Shown here: positions 25,701 through 34,650 of the stretch, in pieces
Layout of the letters: every line of letters starts with the position of its first letter
Position numbering within the stretch: the stretch's first letter is position 1
From: Amoebophrya sp. A120
Taxonomy: Eukaryota; Protista; Dinoflagellata
Reading direction: 5' to 3'
Assembly: GCA_905178155.1 (NCBI GenBank)
Contig: CAJINV010000004.1
Location: forward strand, 5,124,619-5,188,618
DNA length: 64,000 nucleotides
Translations under genes and position numbers: made by a program
The notes under the pieces: model-generated
What the model was told of the DNA's origin: nothing
The model's database searches: none
Seen by the model: only the letters and a program-made list of their open reading frames with translations

Positions 25701-25868
25701 ACCGTCGGGGAGGACATTGGCCTCCTCCTGCTGACCAGAACCAGTGTCTTCGCCATCTTCCGCAGCCACTGAAGCTGCTATCCGCTCCTGCAGTCCATCT
25801 CCTTTTTCATCTTTCGCTGTCGCTGTAGCCCGAATCTCTGCCATTTCCTGCTGTCGTGTGGGGAACAT
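16736..25868 (-). CDS. Very large membrane/surface protein: TM, two Cys-rich CBM1-like repeats, lipase-like (probably inactive) region, several PAN/Apple domains, helical stalk, TM, Gly/Tyr-rich tail; 7 exons
   Basis: Six TAT..ATA elements removed with one TSD give continuous frame: GEEK|TPWQ, IWSC|NEIE, GPGS|MGAA, LMRV|NAFL, YQHA|ILAT, STTS|TKPY. PAN-type motifs CRSKCQETHGCMGWHF, CQAACEADDSC, CQMQCERDVNCHAFVY. The start codon is uncertain because the frame stays open upstream. Confidence 0.75.
17742..17957. mobile_element. Introner-like intron, family B
   Basis: TATAGAAATGCACAACTCCCCCTCC...GGAGGGGGAGTTGTGCGCTGTCATA; perfect TSD ACGTG; colinear with 13250-13474. Confidence 0.92.
18024..18330. 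mobile_element. Introner-like intron, family A (opposite orientation to 610/14719)
   Basis: TATGGAAGTGTCAGAATCGAAATTGACAAAATC...GATTTTGTCGATTTCGATCCTGACACTCCCATA; perfect TSD GGCGT. Confidence 0.92.
23172..23346. mobile_element. Introner-like intron, singleton
   Basis: TATCCAAACCCAAATTTCCC...GGGAAATTTGTATTGCATA; TSD CACGC/CACCC (4/5); internal GCATGACAAA. Confidence 0.83.
23571..23720. mobile_element. Introner-like intron, family C
   Basis: TATGCATTGCAAAAGCATCGTACTAG...CGAGTACGATACTTTTGCACTTCGTA; perfect TSD GCTCC. Confidence 0.9.
23988..24248. mobile_element. Introner-like intron, family D-like
   Basis: TATGGCCTGCTCAAACGTTACAATCTCAAACGTTACAA...TTGTAACGTTTGAGATTGTAACGTCTGAGCGGGTCATA; perfect TSD CAGGA. 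Confidence 0.92.
24468..24700. mobile_element. Introner-like intron, family D
   Basis: TCTGGCGTTCTCAACTGTTACATTCTCAACTGTTACATGA...TCATGTAACAGTTGAGAATGGAACATTTGAGAACGCCATA; perfect TSD TCTTT. Confidence 0.92.
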
Positions 25869-26847
25869 CGGAACTACGCTTGGTGTTCTTGCTGCGATGT
25901 GAGTGCTGTTGGCGGAACGTTTGAAACCGGTCGGAGTTCTTGAAGATGTCGTCCTGCAAATGGAATGATATTGGTGCGGATCATCTGCTGCTCCACCATC
26001 GAGCTGGCGTTTTTTTTTCTATCTTACGACGAAATATCTGCTGCCTTGCGTGCTATAGGGATACTTCTGGTGATTGCTCCGGTGCGTGCATAGTACTTAT
26101 AGCATGTACATGTCGAGGAAAACGAAAAAGAAAAACGCGCAGAAAAATAAAAGTTATCGCATAGTATTTATTAACATCGGATTCGGGGTAATCGTAATGG
26201 TATTCCAAGATTGGGCAAGAAATAAAAAAGTGCTGCAGATCTACTTGTACTTCGGGTCGTCTTGTTTAGTATTGGGGTCACTTGCTAGAACTTCCTGCTT
26301 CCAGTTCATCATACTTCTATTTCTTGCTGCTTTTTATCTTCGAAATTCGAAGAATATATTTCCTTTGCAGTAGTTGCAGTTGGACATGGACGAAACGTTT
26401 TTGCACAAAAAAAACGACGAACTACGAATGCACGAGAAGAATCTTTTGGTTGGACGACAAACGCGGCAGCTGGTTCTTGTTCTAAAATAAGCCAGGACGA
26501 CAAATGCAGCTGCAATTGAATCACAAAAGCGAACGAACCGAGCAAGAAGAAGCGGATGGGACGAGGAGAAGATCTACCGACATCAGTCTCGGTTTTCTGC
26601 AACACGAAATGAGGATAGCTCAACCGGGGTAAAAGTTTGATAATGATATCGTGATGCGACAACTCTTCTACCAACCAATGCTCGTTGGTTTCTATCGCAT
26701 AATTGACCAATCATGAAAAAAAAAGTAGGATGCAGCTGGTCTAATAAATCACTGACATCTTCTTCATGCGGACGAAAACTACTCGTCAGGAGTTTTTGGG
26801 CTGAGAAGTAGAGCAGTCCTTCTCACTCGGTGAGCACAATCCTGGTG

Positions 26848-29070
26848 CTAGTATTTGCCCGCCCCTCCGTCCTTTTGCCCGCCCTTACTTGGTCCTCCAC
26901 CTCGCGGCGAAACGCTGGGGCCGCGCTGCTGCTGCTGCTGCTGGAGCAGCTGCGCAGCGCGGTTCGGAGTAGTGCTAATCCCGGCTGCATCTCCCTTGCC
27001 AACTTCGTCGTAACCGTATGCCTGCGAGGGCTTGTAATCATAGTTCTGGTTGTTCTCCATCTGCTCCTCTTCGTAGTACCTGCGGGTGCCGTGGTGATGG
27101 TGCGGATTTTCCGGGTGGCGTCGGTCAATCACGTCCGCGAAGGGGCTGTCGGCGTCGCTCTGACAGAACCGCACGATGACGATGGTCCCACCGACGAGGA
27201 AAATGACCGACACGATCAGGCTGACAAGAAGCAAAATGTTCTCCGTCTGGTTCGTCGGGGTTTCTCCACCGGCCAGGGTGCTGTTTTTATTCACCGTCGA
27301 GCCCTGTTGCGCGCTTGCGGCGGAGGACAATCCCGCTATTTCGTCGGCCAGCTCCGCGTGGATTTCGCTGACCGAATTATGCGACGTCACCCCGTTCGAC
27401 AGGGTCTCTTGCAAAACCTCGCTGTAGTCCTTGCTCGGCGTTTTCGTCAACGCGAGCAGGTGCTGCGCGTCCACGTCCGAACTCCTTGCCCGCACGCTTT
27501 CGAAGAACGCGTGTGCATTATCTGGCACTTGTGTGGAAAAGTGACAATTCCCGCTCGCGAAGCCCTGCTTCCTCGGCGCGTTTGAAGGTAACCCGCGCAT
27601 CTCAACCTGGGGCCCGCTGTGAAGCGTGCACATGTGAGTTGATAATTCGTAGACGAAGCTGTGGCAGTTTTCCTCTTGTTCACACGTCAACGCACACGCC
27701 AGCGGCGAGGGCGCCATATTGTCCGGGATCTTTTTTTTTCGCAGCTCGTCGGCAAGCGTGTGCAACTTTCCCGGGACGCCCGCGCAGGTTTTCCACGTCC
27801 CACACCTTCCCCCAATGTGCTTCCCGGGGTGCTGCGTTTCCTCATTCACGGCCGCCATCGGGTCAGTGCCGATTTGGCACACAGGTTTAGCATTATTCTG
27901 CTCGTCTGCTCCGCCTGTAGCGGAGGTAGCCGCGCCGTACTCTGGGCCGGCGCCCAGAAAGTCGTAGAAAAAGCATTTCCCCGACGTCTCGCACATACGT
28001 TGGCACATCTCTAACGTTGCTTGGTTCGCCTCCTCAAATCCGGTCACGGTCAGATGGGCGTGCTTCGACTCGCATTTCTTCTCATAGGTCCACACGTTGT
28101 CGGCGTCTGCCTTCCTTTTGTGGAGCAAAACCCCAGGGGAGCAAAACCCACTCTCGTGCCCCGGTGAGTTGCGCCGCCACACGAGGTTTTCCAAAACCTC
28201 CTTTTTATGAACTGCAAAAGTATCGTACTCGTATAAATGCATGACAAATTCCCTCAGCATGAAAAATAAAATTTGTAATGCGGATTTACCTTGAGAAGAA
28301 AACTTGTAATGCATGATTGCAATACGAGTACGATACTTTTGCAGAGGATACTTTTCTGACGACGGCAAAAACCGACACTGCGCCTCGGTCGCGAGGTCGA
28401 AGGTGTCTTCACCCAGGAACTCCGCGATCACCGCGTCGCCGGAGTCGTACGCAGTGGATGAATCTGCGCTCCTTCGTGTCAGGGCAACGAGATCCGCCGT
28501 CCAGTGGTGCACTTTCGCGCCCTTTTCAAAAAAGTGCCAGCCGACGCACCCGGGCGTTCTTTGGCACTGCTGTCTACATTCTCGGCTGGAAATGATTGTT
28601 GGGGAGGCGGCGTGATCATCTGTGGGCTTGAACACCCGCGGATCTTGGCTCAGGATTTCGACGTCGGTCGCAGTTTCGCATTGGTGCTCGTAGACGTAGT
28701 TCATGTGCGCTTGCCAAGGCTCATTCTGCCAGTCCTGTGGTTCTTGTGCGGAGTGGGATCTAGTGGATGCCTTTTCACTTGTTTTTGTGCTAGCCTCGTG
28801 TTGTTCCGCGGAGTGTTTATTTATTTTCTGGTGCCGTTCTTCTTGTTGATGGTGACTGTGGTCCTCGTGTGCGGAATTTTTCTTATCATTTTCCTTACCC
28901 GTGTTCATCTCCTTCTTGACCTCAACGCGAAACGCGGAGACAGTCGCGTGATAGCCGATAAAAGCAGAACGCATATTCGGAAAGCAAAGCTCTTGAAAAA
29001 GCGCACTTTGGGAGATGATGATATGAAGCTGAAGGTGATTCATACTAGCCCAGAAAAAACCTCGCTTCAT
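26848..29070 (-). CDS. PAN/Apple-domain type I membrane protein, paralog of the C-terminal half of 16736-25868
   Basis: Motifs CRQQCQRTPGCVGWHF, WRRNSPGHESGFC, GKHIGGRCGTWKTC and CALTCEQEENCHSFVY align with the neighbouring gene. TM LLLVSLIVSVIFLVGGTIVIV. Contains one 150-nt in-frame intron. Confidence 0.8.
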   Translation of the reverse strand: MKRGFFWASMNHLQLHIIISQSALFQELCFPNMRSAFIGYHATVSAFRVEVKKEMNTGKENDKKNSAHEDHSHHQQEERHQKINKHSAEQHEASTKTSEKASTRSHSAQEPQDWQNEPWQAHMNYVYEHQCETATDVEILSQDPRVFKPTDDHAASPTIISSRECRQQCQRTPGCVGWHFFEKGAKVHHWTADLVALTRRSADSSTAYDSGDAVIAEFLGEDTFDLATEAQCRFLPSSEKYPLQKYRTRIAIMHYKFSSQGKSALQILFFMLREFVMHLYEYDTFAVHKKEVLENLVWRRNSPGHESGFCSPGVLLHKRKADADNVWTYEKKCESKHAHLTVTGFEEANQATLEMCQRMCETSGKCFFYDFLGAGPEYGAATSATGGADEQNNAKPVCQIGTDPMAAVNEETQHPGKHIGGRCGTWKTCAGVPGKLHTLADELRKKKIPDNMAPSPLACALTCEQEENCHSFVYELSTHMCTLHSGPQVEMRGLPSNAPRKQGFASGNCHFSTQVPDNAHAFFESVRARSSDVDAQHLLALTKTPSKDYSEVLQETLSNGVTSHNSVSEIHAELADEIAGLSSAASAQQGSTVNKNSTLAGGETPTNQTENILLLVSLIVSVIFLVGGTIVIVRFCQSDADSPFADVIDRRHPENPHHHHGTRRYYEEEQMENNQNYDYKPSQAYGYDEVGKGDAAGISTTPNRAAQLLQQQQQQRGPSVSPRGGGPSKGGQKDGGAGKY
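28206..28350. mobile_element. Introner-like intron, family C (3n, stop-free)
   Basis: TATGAACTGCAAAAGTATCGTACTCG...CGAGTACGATACTTTTGCAGAGGATA; perfect TSD CTTTT. Confidence 0.92.
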
Positions 29071-30624
29071 CTTCGAACTGCGGAAAGCACTGCGAGTGCA
29101 GCAGCGACTGTTCTTTGCGCCGCCTTCGCCGGTGCTGATTCTAATTTTGCGGTTGCTGGTCGTAACTAAGCTCCAATATAATCAGCTACTAGAAGCCTCT
29201 GGCTTCGTAGAAGGGTACTAGTACACGTAACTTCTAAGTCTAGCCGGGGATGAATAAAATGGACCGCAATTATATGCTATCCATCAACATATTCGTTGTA
29301 CATAAACATGATGGGTGTTCGCTTTTACTAAAACATGGCCCTGCAACGAAAAAGAAAAAACCAGGACGCTTGGCTTTCTGGTCAGCTTTAAGAAAAATGC
29401 ATTCCGCGAGGGCACGACGTCAATTGAGTGCAAAATAGCACGTGAACGAGTACGAAACATAGGACAACACGCACGCGCATCAACAGAACGATGGTAAGAC
29501 CGAGTAAGTGCACGACACGAATAAAGCAGAAATGACGACGAGTCAAAAACAAGCACTACGCGCACGCGGCTCTTGCATCGATATACGACAATCACAGGTG
29601 GAAGGTACCTACGATGAAGACGTTAGCGGAGGTATGTTGCTGAAAGTAATGGGAATGCACGAAGGCACAAATAGATGAAGAGTAGCACCAAACACGAGGG
29701 CATTTGCGTTTGCCTCCAGCTGTGTGATGGAGATGATTTTTTTTTTTTCTGACTTCTTTTATACTAAATCACGTGTACAAGCTTTGTTATTGTTGGTGGC
29801 ATTTCGCAGGCTCAAGTTGTAAAGTATTTCGGAAAAATTGTGAAAATCTATTTCCAGTGTCAATTAAGGCTCGTGAAAAATTTCCACTGAAGCTCATCAT
29901 CATGCTCAATATCTTCAGTAGAAAAAGCACGGTTGTAGTGCTGCAGGTAGAGGTCTATTGTGACAGCGCCGCCTCTAGAACAATAGCTGCACAAGATATA
30001 ATTTTCATGGGGCTCTTTGTCTTTTCCTCTGCCCAGGAATATTGCATAAAGGAAGTGGAAGGTCATTGCGACCATCTTTCACATTCGAATTACGTGTGGT
30101 TGCAGTATGACGGTGGTGGAGCCGGCTCAAGTATAATGCTCCAGCTTGTTTACTCGCCCTGTCTAGTTGTATATGCCATTTTGACTTCCATTCTTTAACA
30201 TTATTAGGATTGATACGCAATTCCAATTGCAATTGCTATTTCTTCGTGAAGTATGTCAATATTCAATTTTTCTATTTTTGTCCACATAGCAAATCATACA
30301 TCTTGATTCATGCAGTTCGAAGCTGTCCCTGTCGACGCGTGCGGCACGACCCTGCCACCGCCAACGGTCGTCCGCCCGGCAACCGTCGATATTGAAGTAG
30401 AATTCTAAACGATATAATGCCTCACTGCTTGTCATGGTGGTCTTTCTGTTTGCTCAGGCTCTCGGACGCGGTACTCCTACAAGAACTGAAATATTTTGTG
30501 TGCACCATGGTGCACACGACGCAGTGGCAGTGCGCCACTTATTAATTAGGCCCCGGTCCTCCTGGAGGACAAGTTCATTCTCTCTCCCCTCCCCTTCTTC
30601 TCAACCAACCGAACTACCCCCTGC

Positions 30625-33600
30625 TCAGTGCTCTGAGAAGCGGCTCCAGGGCGGGGTGTTTGGGAACGGGGTCGCGCCGGCCTGACAACCACTGGACGAG
30701 TCAAACCCGAGCGGCCGCCCGCCGCTTGTACAACCAGGGCTCCTCGCACCGCTTCCCGAGGGGGATGAGGAAGATGCTGCTTCACGAGCACAGCCCGTGC
30801 CCGTCCACCGTCCGCCATTGGCGGGGGACGACCCAACGGCAACTACCGGTCCACACAGCGGCGACGACGCATGATTTCCACCGGGCGGAAAGAAAGTGGG
30901 TGACTGCGGGTTTGATGACGTACTACTCTTGGCACCACCACCACAACTCAGAGGTCCTCGTGTAGGACTGCCGGTTGATGGACCTGGAGAGGAGGATCCG
31001 CTTTTATTTTGACCACCACTCTGGTTTTCTACAGAACTACCTCGCCGCGTGATAGCTGCTGGTGAAGGGGGCGACGGCACAGTCAGGCTCATGCCCCGCA
31101 ACGGCGGTTGAGGCGGCTGGTGGTGCTGGTTTTGCGCAGCACCACATAATTGTGCATGTGCTAGTGCATGCGCTGCTGACGGACTACTAAGAGGAAAGTT
31201 GCCCTCCTCGAGCGCGGGGAAAGCGGTTCGCTGTTGTTCTCGGTAACGAGCGGCCGCGGTGGGCGACGATCCCGACCCAGTGCACTGCGCGACCAAGTGC
31301 TGGACCATGTTGACCGGTGCGAAAGATAGTGGAAACAGAGACGACGACTTCATCCCCCGCGTGCTGGGCGGAGTTGGAGGACCACCGCCGGGTGGAGCTG
31401 CTGGTGTTGCGCAGGACGAAGAACTAGCGGTAGTGCTACTGTGGTGCTGGTCAAAAACTACATTCGAGGGATACTGAGGGTCGTGCGTGATCTGTCCAAG
31501 GGCAGCTCCAGGCTTGCTGGGTATCGCGCGGATCATGTGCTTGCTCCCGCCGTTTTGGCTGTTGTAACCGAATTGCTGCAGAGCTTGCTGTTCCACCAGT
31601 GAAGAATTATGCGGACCGGGATTGCCGACCGGGGATACTACTAGCGCTGTCCCGGGGCGTGGGGCAGGTTCGGGTTGTTTGTTCCCGTAGTAGTTAATAC
31701 AGGATGTTGGTGTTCCTTCCTCTCCATCCAGCATCATAAACGCGTTGCGCTCTCCCTTGTCGCATTTCATCTTTCCACCTCTGCTCTTTGGACTCCCTCT
31801 CGTTGGAGACGAGGAGGGGCGAAGGAAGGTTGGACTCGGCGTCTCGGCAGAGCCGATGTAACTTGGAATTGGGTTGGCGCGGCCGTTCAGTTGTGCGGGC
31901 TGTGGAAGTTGAGTCAGTTGCGCCGCCGCCGCCGGGCCGCCCAAGTAGCTAGTAGTACAACCCACGACGGGAGAAATCGGAACGCCAGTGCAGACTGGTC
32001 GCGGACGGTGCCCGGTAAAGCGACACTTGTGTGGTTGCTGTGCTGATGTAGTTGAAGGAGCGTTCAGTGAAGAAGATCCTGGGTCGCCTGCTGCTGTGCT
32101 CACAGGATCAGGATCTCCGCCACCGTGGTCACAGATAGTAGTGCCTTTCTCCTCTTTGCTTCCAGGGTTCGTGGCTGGTTGTGGTACTACTCCAGAAGAA
32201 GTGCAACTAGTATGCGACGTCGAGCTGAGGACTACACTAGGACTAGTACCTACACCAGTGCCAGTTTTGTCTTTACTTCCCCCTCCACTCGTCCTGCTGG
32301 TAACCCGCCCAGGACTGGCGATCAGCGGCGACAGGCTGGCAGCAGCAAGCGAAAGCTGATCCAGTGGCAGGGCCTTGCTCTGCTTCAACTTGTTATTTCC
32401 TACCCTAGATGGCGGTGAAGCACCAGCTATCAAAAGTTGCTGCTTCTTGCTCCCTTGCGAGGACTCCTGGCTGGCGTTCCCCCGCATCCCCTCCAGAACG
32501 CTCGGGCAGGTGACCACGCTACGGGACTGTAGTAGCGCCTGCACCGACGAAGAGCGCCGGGGACGCGTAGGCGGCGCGGGCTTTGCGGGCGGCGGCAGTG
32601 CACTGGGCTGGTGATGGTGTCGCTGCGCGGCCGGGGAGGTCTCACGCGATTGCCGAGTGCGGCTTGCTGCTGTAATTATGCGGGGGCTCTCGGAAATAAA
32701 GTTGGATTGCTGCAGGTCGAGACTCGGCGCGGAGCTCGTGGTCCGGAGTTCCACGACGGCGCCCGCCGCGGTCAAACAGTCGTATACCGCAGCCGTGCGT
32801 GCGGTTATCTTGGGCGAGAAGTCCTCCTCGGTAGAACAACTCTTGGAGCTGCGCGGCAGGCCCGGTCGGGCGAGTCCGGCTATTGCACCCCGGGCGTGCG
32901 CTTTCGCGTCCGAACGACCTTTAGTGCCTTCTGCGGAACCAGTACATTGTTCAGGTTGTTCATAATCGGCGCTTGTTCGCTCGGAACAGGAATTATACCC
33001 CACCACAACCGGGCTTCCCTCACGACTCGACGACGGTTGTCGCCCCATCAAACCACGCTCGTATCGCCTTGTTTTGCACATCGACAGTATCGTCCTCGGG
33101 GGCCTAGGCGGTCTTGGCGGCTTCCTGTAGTCGTAGCAGCTTTCTCCGCCACTGCTCCCGCACGAGTCCTTCGACGACCCGCGTCTTTGTAGTTCTCCGT
33201 CGTTGTGATAGTAGTCCTCAGATGAACCGTAGAAATTATCGCCGTCATACAACTCATCTTCTCCGGATTTGAACCTGATTTCTTCCTCGACCAGGTTCGC
33301 AGCAAAACTAACGCTGTCCTTCGAAGGCTTCCGCTTCGGCTTCGGAGGGCTAGGGACCCCTGCCGGGCTGCTGCCATTCTTGCTAGCAGGAGTAGAACCC
33401 GTTCTACTCGCAGCTCCTGAGCATTCTTGTTGCTCTTGCTTCGTCACCCCTTGCGATCGTGGTCCGAGCTGGTGCTCCAATTCGTGTTTGACATTGTTCT
33501 CCGTTCGTAAAATCCGATGCCCTCGACTCAGGCGCAGGGGAGCGTAGAAGCTCGGCACGTACTGCTGCTGGTTAGTATTCTTCTCCCCGCCTGCTTCAGA

Positions 33601-33726
33601 GCGCCGTGCGAGGCTCGACAGATAGAAAAAGTGCCAATTAAAATCCTGTTGCAAGAAAATTATACTCGGCTCGAGGAATAAAGGCGCTACAAGGAAGTAG
33701 CCCAGCCAATTCGAAGATCTTCGCAT
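30625..33726 (-). CDS. Ser/Pro/Gly-rich, probably disordered hypothetical protein
   Basis: 1033-aa ORF on the same strand as all neighbours. No recognisable domain; 5' end uncertain. Confidence 0.65.
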   Translation of the reverse strand: MRRSSNWLGYFLVAPLFLEPSIIFLQQDFNWHFFYLSSLARRSEAGGEKNTNQQQYVPSFYAPLRLSRGHRILRTENNVKHELEHQLGPRSQGVTKQEQQECSGAASRTGSTPASKNGSSPAGVPSPPKPKRKPSKDSVSFAANLVEEEIRFKSGEDELYDGDNFYGSSEDYYHNDGELQRRGSSKDSCGSSGGESCYDYRKPPRPPRPPRTILSMCKTRRYERGLMGRQPSSSREGSPVVVGYNSCSERTSADYEQPEQCTGSAEGTKGRSDAKAHARGAIAGLARPGLPRSSKSCSTEEDFSPKITARTAAVYDCLTAAGAVVELRTTSSAPSLDLQQSNFISESPRIITAASRTRQSRETSPAAQRHHHQPSALPPPAKPAPPTRPRRSSSVQALLQSRSVVTCPSVLEGMRGNASQESSQGSKKQQLLIAGASPPSRVGNNKLKQSKALPLDQLSLAAASLSPLIASPGRVTSRTSGGGSKDKTGTGVGTSPSVVLSSTSHTSCTSSGVVPQPATNPGSKEEKGTTICDHGGGDPDPVSTAAGDPGSSSLNAPSTTSAQQPHKCRFTGHRPRPVCTGVPISPVVGCTTSYLGGPAAAAQLTQLPQPAQLNGRANPIPSYIGSAETPSPTFLRPSSSPTRGSPKSRGGKMKCDKGERNAFMMLDGEEGTPTSCINYYGNKQPEPAPRPGTALVVSPVGNPGPHNSSLVEQQALQQFGYNSQNGGSKHMIRAIPSKPGAALGQITHDPQYPSNVVFDQHHSSTTASSSSCATPAAPPGGGPPTPPSTRGMKSSSLFPLSFAPVNMVQHLVAQCTGSGSSPTAAARYREQQRTAFPALEEGNFPLSSPSAAHALAHAQLCGAAQNQHHQPPQPPLRGMSLTVPSPPSPAAITRRGSSVENQSGGQNKSGSSSPGPSTGSPTRGPLSCGGGAKSSTSSNPQSPTFFPPGGNHASSPLCGPVVAVGSSPANGGRWTGTGCAREAASSSSPSGSGARSPGCTSGGRPLGFDSSSGCQAGATPFPNTPPWSRFSEH

Positions 33727-34650
33727 GTTTCTCGTGTACTACTGGTTTTAGGTTTTCTTGTCGTGGTCACTCCGTCGGGTATTCATCTTCTTGGCCATTA
33801 TTCTCATCAGCAGACTATACGATCAGATGTTAGCACGTGCACGTGCACGAGGCGTAATAGTGTCATGAATTTGAATTCGGACGGTGATAGAAGGAAATAA
33901 ATATTCTAGCCCTACAAGCAGGCGCTCGTCCACTTAGTTATGTATGTCTATGTTCCGCTTTGAACTAGTACTCACTTGACTGCAATTACAATTTCGCTAT
34001 CGAGAAGTTTGCGGCAATGTTTATTTGAGTACTTTCAGTCCTCTAAATCTATCTAAGTCGGCCTTTCGTTATTGCGATCGTTTATTGCACTACGCAAAAT
34101 TTATTTTGCCAAAAAGGCGGAAGAACTGAAAACGCAGTTGTGCTGCTTAAGACTTAAAAAGTGGACTTCAAGATTTTTTCTTGTGTCTTCCGTCAAACGG
34201 CTGCCTCCAGACGAAAAAAAAATTATACTAACTTGTGAAGATCTGGATCCACAACTTCCGACGATTGCAGTTCATCTGAGATCGATGTGCGTCGCCGGAC
34301 GTGAAAGAGTGAGGAGCTCATGACGGCGGCCGGTCTTTATCAATTCGTATTCAAATTCATTTCGCACATCCTTGTACGAACCGGGCGAACACTGGGTCTG
34401 AATCTTTTTTTAGATCTTCTGCAACTTACCTTCGCATTCACTCTTTGTACCGAGGCTGCGGTCGTTTCGCTTTCGGAAATTCACGATAACATCAACATAA
34501 ACATCCATGATGTTGATGGTGCAGAAGCAGATGCGATTAATAAATGCATTTAACGTGGGTGGATGAACGGAAGTTGCAATTCGGAAAAAGGTCGTGTCGC
34601 GAGTGCGAAATTTTTGATCACAACGCAAGTGTCTTTACCATCATCAATCT

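Noticed and set aside
3615-25868. Treating the fragmented ORFs as pseudogenes
   Set aside because: Every break is repaired in frame by the same excision rule or a GT-AG intron, and the same interruptions occur in housekeeping genes (GlnRS, DDX49) whose motifs are intact.
4371-28350. Recurring ~25-bp repeats (TGCAAAAGTATCGTACTCG etc.) as a CRISPR array
   Set aside because: They are dispersed inverted termini, not regularly spaced direct repeats. No cas genes, and the context is eukaryotic.
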